Under the pieces are notes generated by a model that searched no databases, was not told the DNA's origin, and saw only the letters and a list, made by a program, of their open reading frames with translations. From Candidatus Entotheonellaceae bacterium (lineage in GTDB: Bacteria; Tectomicrobia; Entotheonellia; Entotheonellales; Entotheonellaceae), in assembly GCA_965238075.1 (NCBI GenBank), contig OZ250173.1:1440001-1504000 (forward strand): 64,000 bases of DNA. The letters are read 5' to 3'. Below are positions 21,858 to 30,591 of the stretch, one piece after another. Position 1 is the stretch's first letter. Each line of letters starts with the position of its first letter. The translations under genes were made by a program, and so were the position numbers.

Positions 21858-22832
21858 ATGCAACCAGACCCCGGAAGCCCTCATACCTGCACGAAACCAG
21901 CCTGTCGGCCTCGTGCCCACCTCGCCCTGCAACCCCTGACCGCCCTCCTGGCGGCTTGGTTGCTGTTCGCTATCCCGGCAACAGCCAGCGCCGCGTTTGC
22001 CGCCCAGCCGCCGGAGGAAACACTCGAAGCCTACCTCCGAGCCATCTACGCCCGCGACTTCGCCACGGCCTACGAGTTGATTGCGCAAGCCGACCGCAAA
22101 TTGAAAACCAAGCGCGACTACGTCAAGGAAAACGGCGCCTTCTCGGGCGCCGCGCTCGACCTCACCGCCCTGCTGGCGGCGTTCATCCGCTTCGAGTACA
22201 GCGGCATCAACATCAAGGGCCAGGACGACGCCACCGTCACCTTCAGGGCCATCGTGCCGGACACCGATGACCCGGCCCTGCGCGCCCTCCTGCTCGGCTT
22301 TGACCAACAGGGCCTCAAGGCGCTTCCCGCCGGCGAGCGCGCCGCCCGAAGCCGGCGACTGCGGCAACTCGCAACCGCCAACGAATTACCCCTCATCACC
22401 GGCGACGAGGAGACCTGGACCCTGGTCCGCGAACACGGCGAATGGCGCGTCGTACTGGGCTGGACCGCGGCCCTCGAGATTCATTTCGAGGCGCAGACGA
22501 TGGCCGGTCTGCCGTGGTCGTTCGCACCGCTGCAGCCGACCCTGCGCGTCATGCCCGGCGAAACCCTGCAGACCTACTATCGCGTCAAAAATTTGGCCGA
22601 CACACCCGTTACCGGCAAGGCCCGGCACGTCTTCGTGATCCCGGAGCACGCCGACTACCTCGACATCATCTACTGCTTCTGCTACTTGCAGCAAACCCTG
22701 GCGCCCGGTGAGGAGAAACAGTTTGCCGTGGTCTTTCGGCCCCGTTACGAAACCCCGGACACCATCACCGATCTGTACGTGCGCTACGAGTTCTTCCCGC
22801 TCGACGCATTTCCCGTTGAACCTAGCAAGTGA
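21858..22832 (+). CDS. Exported protein with a C-terminal CtaG/Cox11-like copper-chaperone domain and an extra N-terminal domain
   Basis: Signal peptide ending ASA-AFA; LPWSFAPLQ..V.PGET...YRVKN..PVTGKA..YCFCYLQQTLAPGEEK...YEFF is the Cox11 pattern with the CFC motif. Confidence 0.8.
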   Translation: MQPDPGSPHTCTKPACRPRAHLALQPLTALLAAWLLFAIPATASAAFAAQPPEETLEAYLRAIYARDFATAYELIAQADRKLKTKRDYVKENGAFSGAALDLTALLAAFIRFEYSGINIKGQDDATVTFRAIVPDTDDPALRALLLGFDQQGLKALPAGERAARSRRLRQLATANELPLITGDEETWTLVREHGEWRVVLGWTAALEIHFEAQTMAGLPWSFAPLQPTLRVMPGETLQTYYRVKNLADTPVTGKARHVFVIPEHADYLDIIYCFCYLQQTLAPGEEKQFAVVFRPRYETPDTITDLYVRYEFFPLDAFPVEPSK

Positions 22833-22868
22833 CCCATCGCCTTGTCCCTGTCGCCTGAGGAGAATTCC

Positions 22869-23255
22869 ATGCTGAAACCACCCCCGCGCCTCTCTGCTCT
22901 GGCCCTTGCCTGCCTACTGCTGTGGCCGCTGGCCAGCCAAGCTCAGGACGCCGCAGCCGGCCAGGAAATCTATACGCAATACTGCGCTCTGTGCCACGGC
23001 CCGCAAGGCAAGGGCGACGGCTCCCTGTCGGCCAACCTGGACCCCAAGCCGCGCAACCACACCGACGGCGCCTACATGAACGCCCTGAGCGACGCCCACC
23101 TCCTGAAGATCATCGGCGGCGGCGGCGCGGCGGCGGGGCTGTCGCCCATCATGCCGGCCTGGGGGGCCATCCTGTCGGCGCAGCAGATCCAGGACGTGGC
23201 CGCCTTTGTGCGCACGCTCGCCGTGCCGCCCTACACGCCGCCGGCTGACGAATAG
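22869..23255 (+). CDS. Monoheme class I cytochrome c, exported
   Basis: Signal peptide ending SQA; CALCH heme motif; GKGDG, PKPRNHTD, distal Met in IMPAW. Confidence 0.92.
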   Translation: MLKPPPRLSALALACLLLWPLASQAQDAAAGQEIYTQYCALCHGPQGKGDGSLSANLDPKPRNHTDGAYMNALSDAHLLKIIGGGGAAAGLSPIMPAWGAILSAQQIQDVAAFVRTLAVPPYTPPADE

Positions 23256-23269
23256 AAGAAAGGTCGGAG

Positions 23270-24865
23270 ATGTTCGAGCCCCTCCTGCCCTTGCAGTTCC
23301 TGCGCCGCGCGGCGCGGCTCTTTCCCGACAAAACGGCTGTCATCGACGGCGAGCGCCGCTACACGTATCGCCAGTTGGAGGAGCGGGTGCACCGGCTGTC
23401 CAACGCCCTGCGCCAACGCGGTATCGGCAAGGGAGACAAGGTCGCCGTTCTGTCCCCGAACAGCCACCGCATGCTGGAAGCCTTCTTTGCCGTGCCGCAA
23501 ATCGGCGCCGTTCTGGCGCCCCTCAACTACCGCCTCACCACGCCGGATTTCGAGTACATCCTGGACCACGCCGAAACGAAAGCCCTGCTGATCGACTGGG
23601 AGTACGCCCATCAGATCGCCCCGCTGGTGGAGCGCCTGACGAGCCTGCAACACTACCTCCTGCTGCGCGGCGACGAGACGCCGAGCGCCGTCCTGCCCGC
23701 GGTGGATTACGAGGACGCCCTGGCTGACGCCGCCGCCGTCTGCCCCGAGCCGCTGCCAATCGACGAAACCGACCTCGCCACGCTGAATTACACCAGCGGC
23801 ACCACGGCGCGGCCCAAGGGCGTCATGCTGACGCACCGCGCCTGCACCATCAACGCCATCCACTTCATGATGTCCCTCTCCGTGCGCCCGACGGAGGTGT
23901 ACCTGCACACCCTGCCGATGTTCCATGCCAACGGCTGGGGCGGCATCTGGGCCGTGGCCGGACTCGGCGGCACCCAGGTCTGCCTGCGCCGGGTGGAAGC
24001 GCAACCGATCTTCGAGCTGATGCAGAGCGAAGCCGTTACGTTGGCCTGCGCGGCGCCAACCGTCCTGGTGACCCTGGCGACCTTCGACGCCAGCCGCGAT
24101 TATCGCTTGGCTGCCGGCGTGCGCATCGGCACGGGCGGCGCCGCACCCGCCGCCGCGGTGTTGCGGCGCATGGAGGACCTGGGCATCGAGGTCGTTCACC
24201 TCTACGGCCTCACCGAGACCGGCCCCTTCCTCACCTCGTGCGAGGCGCAACCCGTCTGGGACGGCCTGGACGTGCAGGCGCGCTACCGCCTGAAAGCCCG
24301 GCAAGGCATCGCGCAGCTCTTTGCCGACGTGCGCGTAATGGATGAGCAGCTATGCGAGGTGCCGATGGACGGCCAAACCATTGGCGAGATCGTGGCGCGC
24401 GGCAACAACGTCATGGAGGGCTATTACAAACAGCCCGAGGAGACCGCCAGCGTCATGCGCGGCGGCTGGTTCCACACCGGCGACCTCGCGGTGGTGCACC
24501 CGGATGGCTACATCGAGGTGGTCGACCGCCTCAAGGACGTCATCATCAGCGGCGGGGAGAACATCTCATCAGTCGAGGTGGAATCCATGCTCTACGAACA
24601 CCCGGCGGTGCTCGAAGCGGCGGTGGTGGGGGTGCCGGACAGCCGCTGGGGCGAGGTGCCCAAGGCGCTGGTGGTTCTCAGGCCGCAACGTCACGCCGAC
24701 GAGCGTGAGCTGATCACCTTCTGCCGCGACCGCATGGCCCATTTCAAGGCGCCCAAGTCGGTCGAATTCCTCGATACACTGCCCAAAACGGCCACCGGCA
24801 AGGTGCAGAAATTCGCCCTGCGCGAGGCGTATTGGCAGGCGCACGAAAGCCGCGTTCAGGGCTGA
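23270..24865 (+). CDS. Acyl-CoA synthetase / fatty-acid-CoA ligase (ANL superfamily)
   Basis: YTSGTTARPKG, YGLTET, FHTGD, DRLKDVIISGGENIS, PKTATGKVQK. Confidence 0.95.
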   Translation: MFEPLLPLQFLRRAARLFPDKTAVIDGERRYTYRQLEERVHRLSNALRQRGIGKGDKVAVLSPNSHRMLEAFFAVPQIGAVLAPLNYRLTTPDFEYILDHAETKALLIDWEYAHQIAPLVERLTSLQHYLLLRGDETPSAVLPAVDYEDALADAAAVCPEPLPIDETDLATLNYTSGTTARPKGVMLTHRACTINAIHFMMSLSVRPTEVYLHTLPMFHANGWGGIWAVAGLGGTQVCLRRVEAQPIFELMQSEAVTLACAAPTVLVTLATFDASRDYRLAAGVRIGTGGAAPAAAVLRRMEDLGIEVVHLYGLTETGPFLTSCEAQPVWDGLDVQARYRLKARQGIAQLFADVRVMDEQLCEVPMDGQTIGEIVARGNNVMEGYYKQPEETASVMRGGWFHTGDLAVVHPDGYIEVVDRLKDVIISGGENISSVEVESMLYEHPAVLEAAVVGVPDSRWGEVPKALVVLRPQRHADERELITFCRDRMAHFKAPKSVEFLDTLPKTATGKVQKFALREAYWQAHESRVQG

Positions 24866-24999
24866 TATCCCGTCCCCTGTAGCCGCTCCAGATCGCGCGG
24901 CAATCCTGCAACAGAAACGCCGTGACCCGCCTTGAAACTTGCAAGTGGGTACGATACTGTAAGCTGACCTTTCACTTGCACCAACATAGGACACAAACG

Positions 25000-25545
25000 A
25001 TGGCAGATGCACGGTACGACTTTGCGTCAGTGGACGCGATCGACGCGGAATCAATCGGCGAGCCCGGCAAGCGGACGTTCCGGGTGCGGGTTCTGGAGGG
25101 TGATCAATCGGCTGCCCTGTGGGTGGAGAAACAACTCCTGGCTACCTTGGGGGAATCCTTGCCGCGCCTGCTTGATCAACTCAACACGTCGGATCAGCAC
25201 AGCGGCGAGGAGGGCGATACCATCACGCTGTTTCCCGACGATCCCACGGTGGAATTCAAAGTGGGCCGCATGGCCCTGGGATACGCAGCGAGCGAAGACT
25301 ATGTGGTCCTCGTCGCCCACGACGTCGAGGAGGGCGAGGACGATCTGCCGCCAACTTTTTCCTGCCGCTTCACCCGCCGGCAGGCGCGGATGCTGAGCGA
25401 GGCTTGCTCCGAGGCCGTCGCCGGCGGTCGCCCCACCTGCCCACTGTGCCAGCGTCCCATGGACATCGAGGGCCACATGTGTCCCCGCTCCAACGGACAC
25501 CAGAAAGTCCACCTCCGCGAGGAGGGTGAGGACGACGCCCTGTAA
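25000..25545 (+). CDS. DUF3090-family protein
   Basis: IGEPGKRTF..LWVEKQ, EFKVGRMALGY and C-terminal GRPTCPLCQRPMDIEGHMCPRSNGH. Confidence 0.85.
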   Translation: MADARYDFASVDAIDAESIGEPGKRTFRVRVLEGDQSAALWVEKQLLATLGESLPRLLDQLNTSDQHSGEEGDTITLFPDDPTVEFKVGRMALGYAASEDYVVLVAHDVEEGEDDLPPTFSCRFTRRQARMLSEACSEAVAGGRPTCPLCQRPMDIEGHMCPRSNGHQKVHLREEGEDDAL

Positions 25546-25560
25546 GCTCCACGCTGTTCC

Positions 25561-26184
25561 CTACAGCAGGATGTGCAGATGGTTCCAGCCGGGATCGAAC
25601 ATATCCTCTTCGGACAAGCCGTCGTCTTCGTTGCCGGGCACCACGTAGGTGGCGTCAGCCTGAATCGTTCTCGGATCGATAGTCGTGAGGCCCTGTACCA
25701 GGGCGGAAAAAGTGTCCTTCAGGAAGGCGGCGTCCTCGCTCTCCACAGCCTCGGCCGGGCGGTACGGACCGTCGAGCAGAAACGCCAGCGTCACCACGAC
25801 GTAGTCCTTGCGGTTTGAGGTGCGGCGCAGGTCGTCGATCTCCTCGTCGATCTCTTCTTCCTCGGTAGCGATACTGCCCTCGATTTCGTCCCGCCACGTA
25901 TCGAACTCTTCCCTGGCAGATTCAGCCTGATCGACATACTCCCAATACCCGTAGGTCCAGAATAGCTCGGACTCCTCCAGCAGGGCCAGAAAGCGCTTGA
26001 TGAAGCGGCGTTTCTCGTCCACGTTGCTGCCGTTGCGGCGGTCGTCTTGCAGCACGTGGGCAAAGCCCGCCCGCACCGTGTCCTCGCCGAAGCACTTGAT
26101 GGCGATCTGCAGGCCGAAGAAGTAGGTATCCGACGCGCCGCCGAACCAACGGCTGATTTTCCCCATGAAGCCCTGTGTGGCCAT
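25561..26184 (-). CDS. DUF1517-like domain protein, soluble
   Basis: LQIAI.., LALLE...FWTYG, AREEFD, DYVVVTL, VVPGNEDDGLSEEDM pattern resembles the DUF1517 core; GGAGG RBS. Confidence 0.65.
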   Translation of the reverse strand: MATQGFMGKISRWFGGASDTYFFGLQIAIKCFGEDTVRAGFAHVLQDDRRNGSNVDEKRRFIKRFLALLEESELFWTYGYWEYVDQAESAREEFDTWRDEIEGSIATEEEEIDEEIDDLRRTSNRKDYVVVTLAFLLDGPYRPAEAVESEDAAFLKDTFSALVQGLTTIDPRTIQADATYVVPGNEDDGLSEEDMFDPGWNHLHILL

Positions 26185-26276
26185 TGGCGCCTCCGTATGA
26201 AATTACCCGGCCCCCTCGCCGGGGGGAGGGGATCACTGCTTTCCGGCTTCCCTCAAGATAGCGGGAATTTTCTGCT

Positions 26277-26312
26277 CCCTCTCCCCTTGTGGGAGAGGGT
26301 TGGGGTGAGGGG
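26277..26312 (-). repeat. Palindromic repeat family C (CCCCTCACCCCAACCCTCTCCC..GGGAGAGGG)
   Basis: Related copies at 40858 and 57917. Confidence 0.8.
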
Positions 26313-26339
26313 AAATCTGCAGTGAGACACGGCCCATTT

Positions 26340-27671
26340 TTACAGGCTGAAGCCCCGCCCGCGTCCAAAGGACCCGGAGCGGCGGCCCATGCGGGAACGC
26401 GAGCCCAACCCGGTGACGCGCCCGCCGCTGCTGCGCACCGTGGTGCGGCCAAAGCCCGAGGGTTTGCGCCGCCCGACGCCGCGTTGGCCCCCCACGCCTC
26501 TGCCGCTGAACATCGTGGGGCGTGGACGCGCTTGGTAGTTGGGCCGCCGGACGCCCGCCGGACGTCTAAGATCGCCTCTGGCCACGCCGCGCCCGGCAAA
26601 GCCGCCGCCGGCGTACATCGGGTAATAAAGCATCGGACGGGGTAGCAAGAAGGAATAGAGGAGAAAGAAGCCGAGGTGTGAGCTCAGGCCGCCGCCGTAG
26701 TAGTAGTGCTTCTCCCGCACCGTCTGAGTGGTGCCGTCCGGCTCGGTGCGCTCGACCGTTTCCGTCACCGGCACCAGATCGGTGAGCGGGAATATCTCCA
26801 CGCCCATTTGGGCCGCTTGGTATTCGACAAACAGGGCGTTGAGGTCGTCGCTTTCGTTGCGCTGGCCGCGATTCGGGGTGATGTACATGACCTGCTTGAC
26901 ACCGCGCTGCTGCAACTCCGCCGCCCCGGGCGCACTGGCCAGGAAGCGGTTGTCGAACTGCGTGCTCTCGTCGACGTACGGCGCCAGCCGATCGCTGTCC
27001 AGCAGCAGCAGGCCGGGAGCGCCGTCGGGAAGCGATTCGCGTTGCTTCTGCACCACCCCGGCGAAGGTCAGCAGGGCAGCCAGGGTGTCATGGCTGCGTA
27101 CGACGCCATGCGGGTGCGGCCAGTTGTCGAAGGCCAGCATGAGGTCCACGCCGCTGGCCATGCCGGCGCCGAAGGCCACCGCTTCGGGACCCGGCAAGTC
27201 GGCGATGAAGAAGGTTTCCGAGCCGTTGGTAACTTGGTTCAACAGGTCCTGTTGCAGCGTCTGGCCGCGCCGGAAGGCTTCCTGCATGCGCGGGCTCATG
27301 ATCGGGCGTATCTGCGAGCGCAGGGATTCTTCCCGCAGGGCCTGTATGAGGGTGGGCACGAAGAAGGGCTGCCAGACGGCTTGGCGCGGTTGCCAGGCGG
27401 AGATCAGCCGAGCCGGATCGGTATAGACCTGCCAATCGCCGGAGCCGGCGGCGTCGCGCTGCATGGGCTTGCCCGAAAACACCAGGCGGCGGTCCTTGGC
27501 GCCAACGTTCCAGCCGTGTTGCTGCTGCAGGGTGAGGGTGTCGCCGTTCAGTTCTTCTTCCGAACCGCAGCCGCTCATGCTGAGCAGGGTGGCGAAGGCG
27601 ACCACGCCCTTGCCAAAGGTGCGGCGATCGACCGCCTGCCACCAGTTCGTTACGTTTACGGATTGCTTCAT
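26340..27671 (-). CDS. Predicted Tat-exported lipoprotein with a Gly/Arg/Ser-rich C-terminal tail
   Basis: DRRTFGK twin-arginine motif, lipobox MSG-C, hydrophobic patch GFFLLYSFLL, tail ending RRSGSFGRGRGFSL. Confidence 0.8.
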   Translation of the reverse strand: MKQSVNVTNWWQAVDRRTFGKGVVAFATLLSMSGCGSEEELNGDTLTLQQQHGWNVGAKDRRLVFSGKPMQRDAAGSGDWQVYTDPARLISAWQPRQAVWQPFFVPTLIQALREESLRSQIRPIMSPRMQEAFRRGQTLQQDLLNQVTNGSETFFIADLPGPEAVAFGAGMASGVDLMLAFDNWPHPHGVVRSHDTLAALLTFAGVVQKQRESLPDGAPGLLLLDSDRLAPYVDESTQFDNRFLASAPGAAELQQRGVKQVMYITPNRGQRNESDDLNALFVEYQAAQMGVEIFPLTDLVPVTETVERTEPDGTTQTVREKHYYYGGGLSSHLGFFLLYSFLLPRPMLYYPMYAGGGFAGRGVARGDLRRPAGVRRPNYQARPRPTMFSGRGVGGQRGVGRRKPSGFGRTTVRSSGGRVTGLGSRSRMGRRSGSFGRGRGFSL

Positions 27672-27683
27672 TTCCCTCTCCCT

Positions 27684-28988
27684 CTAACCCTTGCCAATGA
27701 ATATCGGCGCCGTCACCGCCGTCTCATCCGTCGCCGCCGCCGACAGCCGCGCGTAAAACCCGGCACTGCGCCCGCCGATGACGTAGACCCCATAATTGCA
27801 TAAAAGGCCCGGCGATTCCGGCTCAGCGCGAAAGAAGCGCTGGCACACCCAGTTGGCCGGCAGGGCCTTGGCCACCGCCTCGCGCCACAGATCGGCGCTG
27901 ACGAACGCCCCGCAGATCGTCTCTTCGCTCTCGCAGCCGTAGGCAGATTTCAATACCCAGTCCTGCTGATTCGCCACGAGTTCTTCCGGCGCCACTTGCG
28001 TCATGCGATACGTTTCGGGAATGTAGCGCGCGATCCAACGCTGCGCCGCGGCTGAGAACCGCCGGCGCTCTTCCCACATGAAGGCCATGCTAAGCTTGTT
28101 CTGGCTCACCACCGTACCGAAAGGGTTAACAACCGTTACCTGGCCGGCGTATTCCGCCGACAGTAATAATCGCAACGGGCCGCTCAGCGGCTCGTCGTCG
28201 GGGTACGGCTCGGCATCGGACCACACGACCTGCCGCTCACCCCACCAATCCGTCTTGTAATGCCGGATCAGCAGATCGAGCGGCTCGCCGAACATGGCGA
28301 CCCCTGCCGCGCATTCGTGCAGATTGAACGGCGAGCCCAGCACCACGCGGCAACCGCGCGCCTCCAGCCACTCGCGGTAGATGGCAATCATGGAAAGGTC
28401 TTCGGTCATTTCCGTTGGGTAAAGGATGCCGATAGTGCCCGGCGCCCGCCCGCCGTGTGAGGCCACCAGCATGCGCCAGAAGGCGTCCGGGAGCGCGCGG
28501 TTGGGGTCGTGCACCGCGCCGTGGCACGGATGCAGCAGGCGGTTGAGCAGCACCGCTTCCGCCTCGCCGCTCGGCGTGTCGCTGTTCACCTCGCAGCAGC
28601 GGATGCGGCCGTCGGCGCACACGAACAGGTCGGCCCGCGCAATGCCGTGCCAACGCCCTTGGGCGGCGAACCACATGAGCTTCTGGTACGGGGTGAGGCA
28701 GAAGTAGTCGTCCAGCCAGCGGGGTTCTTCCCAGACGAGATCGACGAGTTCCTGGTACACGGCGCTCACACGTTCGGCGGCCCGGCGCAACGCCCGCGCG
28801 CGGGCCGGAGGCACCACCACGCCCTGCAGGCGGAAGCGCGGCGCCCCGTCGTACCAAGCGTCGTCCAGCACGCCGGTCTCGTAGAGCCGGGCGACGAAGT
28901 CCCCGTACTCGGGCAGCCCATCGTTGCAGCTTGCAGCGGCGGCGTTCGCAGAAGCTTCCGGCGCTGCTGTCGGCATGGTGTACGCCAT
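27684..28988 (-). CDS. Glutathionylspermidine synthase-like ATP-grasp ligase without an amidase domain
   Basis: ARADLF....CEVNSDTPSG (RxD...ExN metal/ATP ligands), QNKLSMA, WVLKSAYGCES; GAGGTAGG RBS before ATG 28988. Confidence 0.9.
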   Translation of the reverse strand: MAYTMPTAAPEASANAAAASCNDGLPEYGDFVARLYETGVLDDAWYDGAPRFRLQGVVVPPARARALRRAAERVSAVYQELVDLVWEEPRWLDDYFCLTPYQKLMWFAAQGRWHGIARADLFVCADGRIRCCEVNSDTPSGEAEAVLLNRLLHPCHGAVHDPNRALPDAFWRMLVASHGGRAPGTIGILYPTEMTEDLSMIAIYREWLEARGCRVVLGSPFNLHECAAGVAMFGEPLDLLIRHYKTDWWGERQVVWSDAEPYPDDEPLSGPLRLLLSAEYAGQVTVVNPFGTVVSQNKLSMAFMWEERRRFSAAAQRWIARYIPETYRMTQVAPEELVANQQDWVLKSAYGCESEETICGAFVSADLWREAVAKALPANWVCQRFFRAEPESPGLLCNYGVYVIGGRSAGFYARLSAAATDETAVTAPIFIGKG

Positions 28989-28990
28989 TC

Positions 28991-30157
28991 CTACCTCTGT
29001 GCCCGCAAGGGCCGGTAAAACGCGCGGATATCCTCGACCAACGCCTGCGGCTCTTCCAATGCGGCAAAATGACCGCCTGCGGTCATCGGCGACCAGCGCT
29101 GCACGTTGCACACGCGCCTCACCCATTCCTCCGGCGGCCGCATGATCTCGCCCGGGAAAGACGCCACCGCGGTGGGCACCTCGATGCATTCGCCGCGGCC
29201 AAGACGCCAAGGCTCGTGACGCATCTGGTAATACAGCCAAAACGAACTGTTAATCGTCTGCGTCACCCAATAAATCATGATGTTGGTGAGCAGGGCGTCC
29301 TTGCTGACGCGGCTCTCGATGTCGCCGTGGCAATCGGTCCAGGCGTAGAATTTCTCGGTGATCCAGGCGGCCAGACCGGCGGGCGAATCGTTCAGAGCGT
29401 ATGCCAGCGTTTGCGGCCGCGTGCCCTGGATCCACTGGTAGCCCGTCTCCTCCGCCCGCCAGGCATCGGACGCCTTGAGGAACGCCTCCTCGTCAGCCGA
29501 CAGGTTGGCGCGCTCGCTGGGATGCGGCGCCACCGGCACCATGTTGACGTGTATCCCGGCAAGATGCTGCGTGTGCGCGAAGCCGAGGCGCGCCGCAATG
29601 AAGGAGCCCCAGTCACCTCCTTGGGCACCGAAACGCGGGAAGCCAAGCACCTCCGTCATCAGGCGGGCGAACAGGTCGGCCATCTCCTGCACGTTCAATC
29701 GACGCTGGTGCGGAACGTGCGAAAAACCGTACCCCGGCAGCGACGGCGCCACCACGGTGAAGGCGTCCTGTGGGTCGCCGCCGTAGCGCGCCGGGTCGGT
29801 CAGGGGGCCGATGACGTTGACGAATTCGCAGATCGAGCCGGGCCAGCCGTGGCTGACGATCAGGGGCATCGGGTCCGGCCCCACTCCCGTCTGATGGATG
29901 TAATGCAAGAGCACGTCATCCAACCCCACCCGGTACTGCGGGAAGCTGTTCAGCAGCCGTTCCTGGGTGCGCCAGTCGTAGCCGCTCCGCCAGTAGGCAA
30001 CGAGTTCCTTGGCGTAGGCGAGGCTGGTGCCGTATTGCCACTCGCTGCCGGGCACGTCGTCCGGCCAGCGGGTCAGGGCAAGGCGTTGTTGCAGGTCGTC
30101 GAGGACGGCATCGGCAACGTCAATACGGAACGGCTCGGGAGCGGCATGCGGCGCCAT
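28991..30157 (-). CDS. Epoxide hydrolase (EHN N-terminal domain, alpha/beta hydrolase)
   Basis: PFRIDV..L.DLQQRL..TRWP, HGWPGS, PSLPGYGFS, QGGDWGS, GGHFAALE. Confidence 0.95.
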   Translation of the reverse strand: MAPHAAPEPFRIDVADAVLDDLQQRLALTRWPDDVPGSEWQYGTSLAYAKELVAYWRSGYDWRTQERLLNSFPQYRVGLDDVLLHYIHQTGVGPDPMPLIVSHGWPGSICEFVNVIGPLTDPARYGGDPQDAFTVVAPSLPGYGFSHVPHQRRLNVQEMADLFARLMTEVLGFPRFGAQGGDWGSFIAARLGFAHTQHLAGIHVNMVPVAPHPSERANLSADEEAFLKASDAWRAEETGYQWIQGTRPQTLAYALNDSPAGLAAWITEKFYAWTDCHGDIESRVSKDALLTNIMIYWVTQTINSSFWLYYQMRHEPWRLGRGECIEVPTAVASFPGEIMRPPEEWVRRVCNVQRWSPMTAGGHFAALEEPQALVEDIRAFYRPLRAQR

Positions 30158-30211
30158 GATCCCTCCTCAGGGTAGCGACGAACGGGTGGGGGGCGGGAAA
30201 CATCGGAACTG

Positions 30212-30484
30212 CTAGTCGTCTTCGAGGACCAGGGCGTCCTCGAAAGCGTCGGCGGTGATCAGCTTGCGGTCGAGCAGCAATTTATCCAGGCGGGCGACGG
30301 CGTTTCGGAAGTCCAGATAGCCATCGACGGCCAGCGAGATGCCTTTGCGGGTGGGACGATACTCGCCCTCGTCGTCCGTGTAGTAGACGCGCACGTCGAT
30401 GAGCTGGCGACCGCGAAACTCGGTTAAGGATACGCGCACAACCTCGGTGGCGTTCTTCTCAAATTGGGTGATCAGTTCGTCCAT
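30212..30484 (-). CDS. PC4/YdbC-family ssDNA-binding protein
   Basis: EVVRVSLTEFRGRQLIDVRVYY...YRPTRKGISL. Confidence 0.9.
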   Translation of the reverse strand: MDELITQFEKNATEVVRVSLTEFRGRQLIDVRVYYTDDEGEYRPTRKGISLAVDGYLDFRNAVARLDKLLLDRKLITADAFEDALVLEDD

Positions 30485-30591
30485 TCCGTGTCCCCCCTTT
30501 GTGCCCTCTCGTGCTAGCTGCAGCGCAATCTTGCGATTGTCGGGTATTCTAGGCCGCTGCCGTCGCACCCGTCAACCGCTGACGAGACCGC

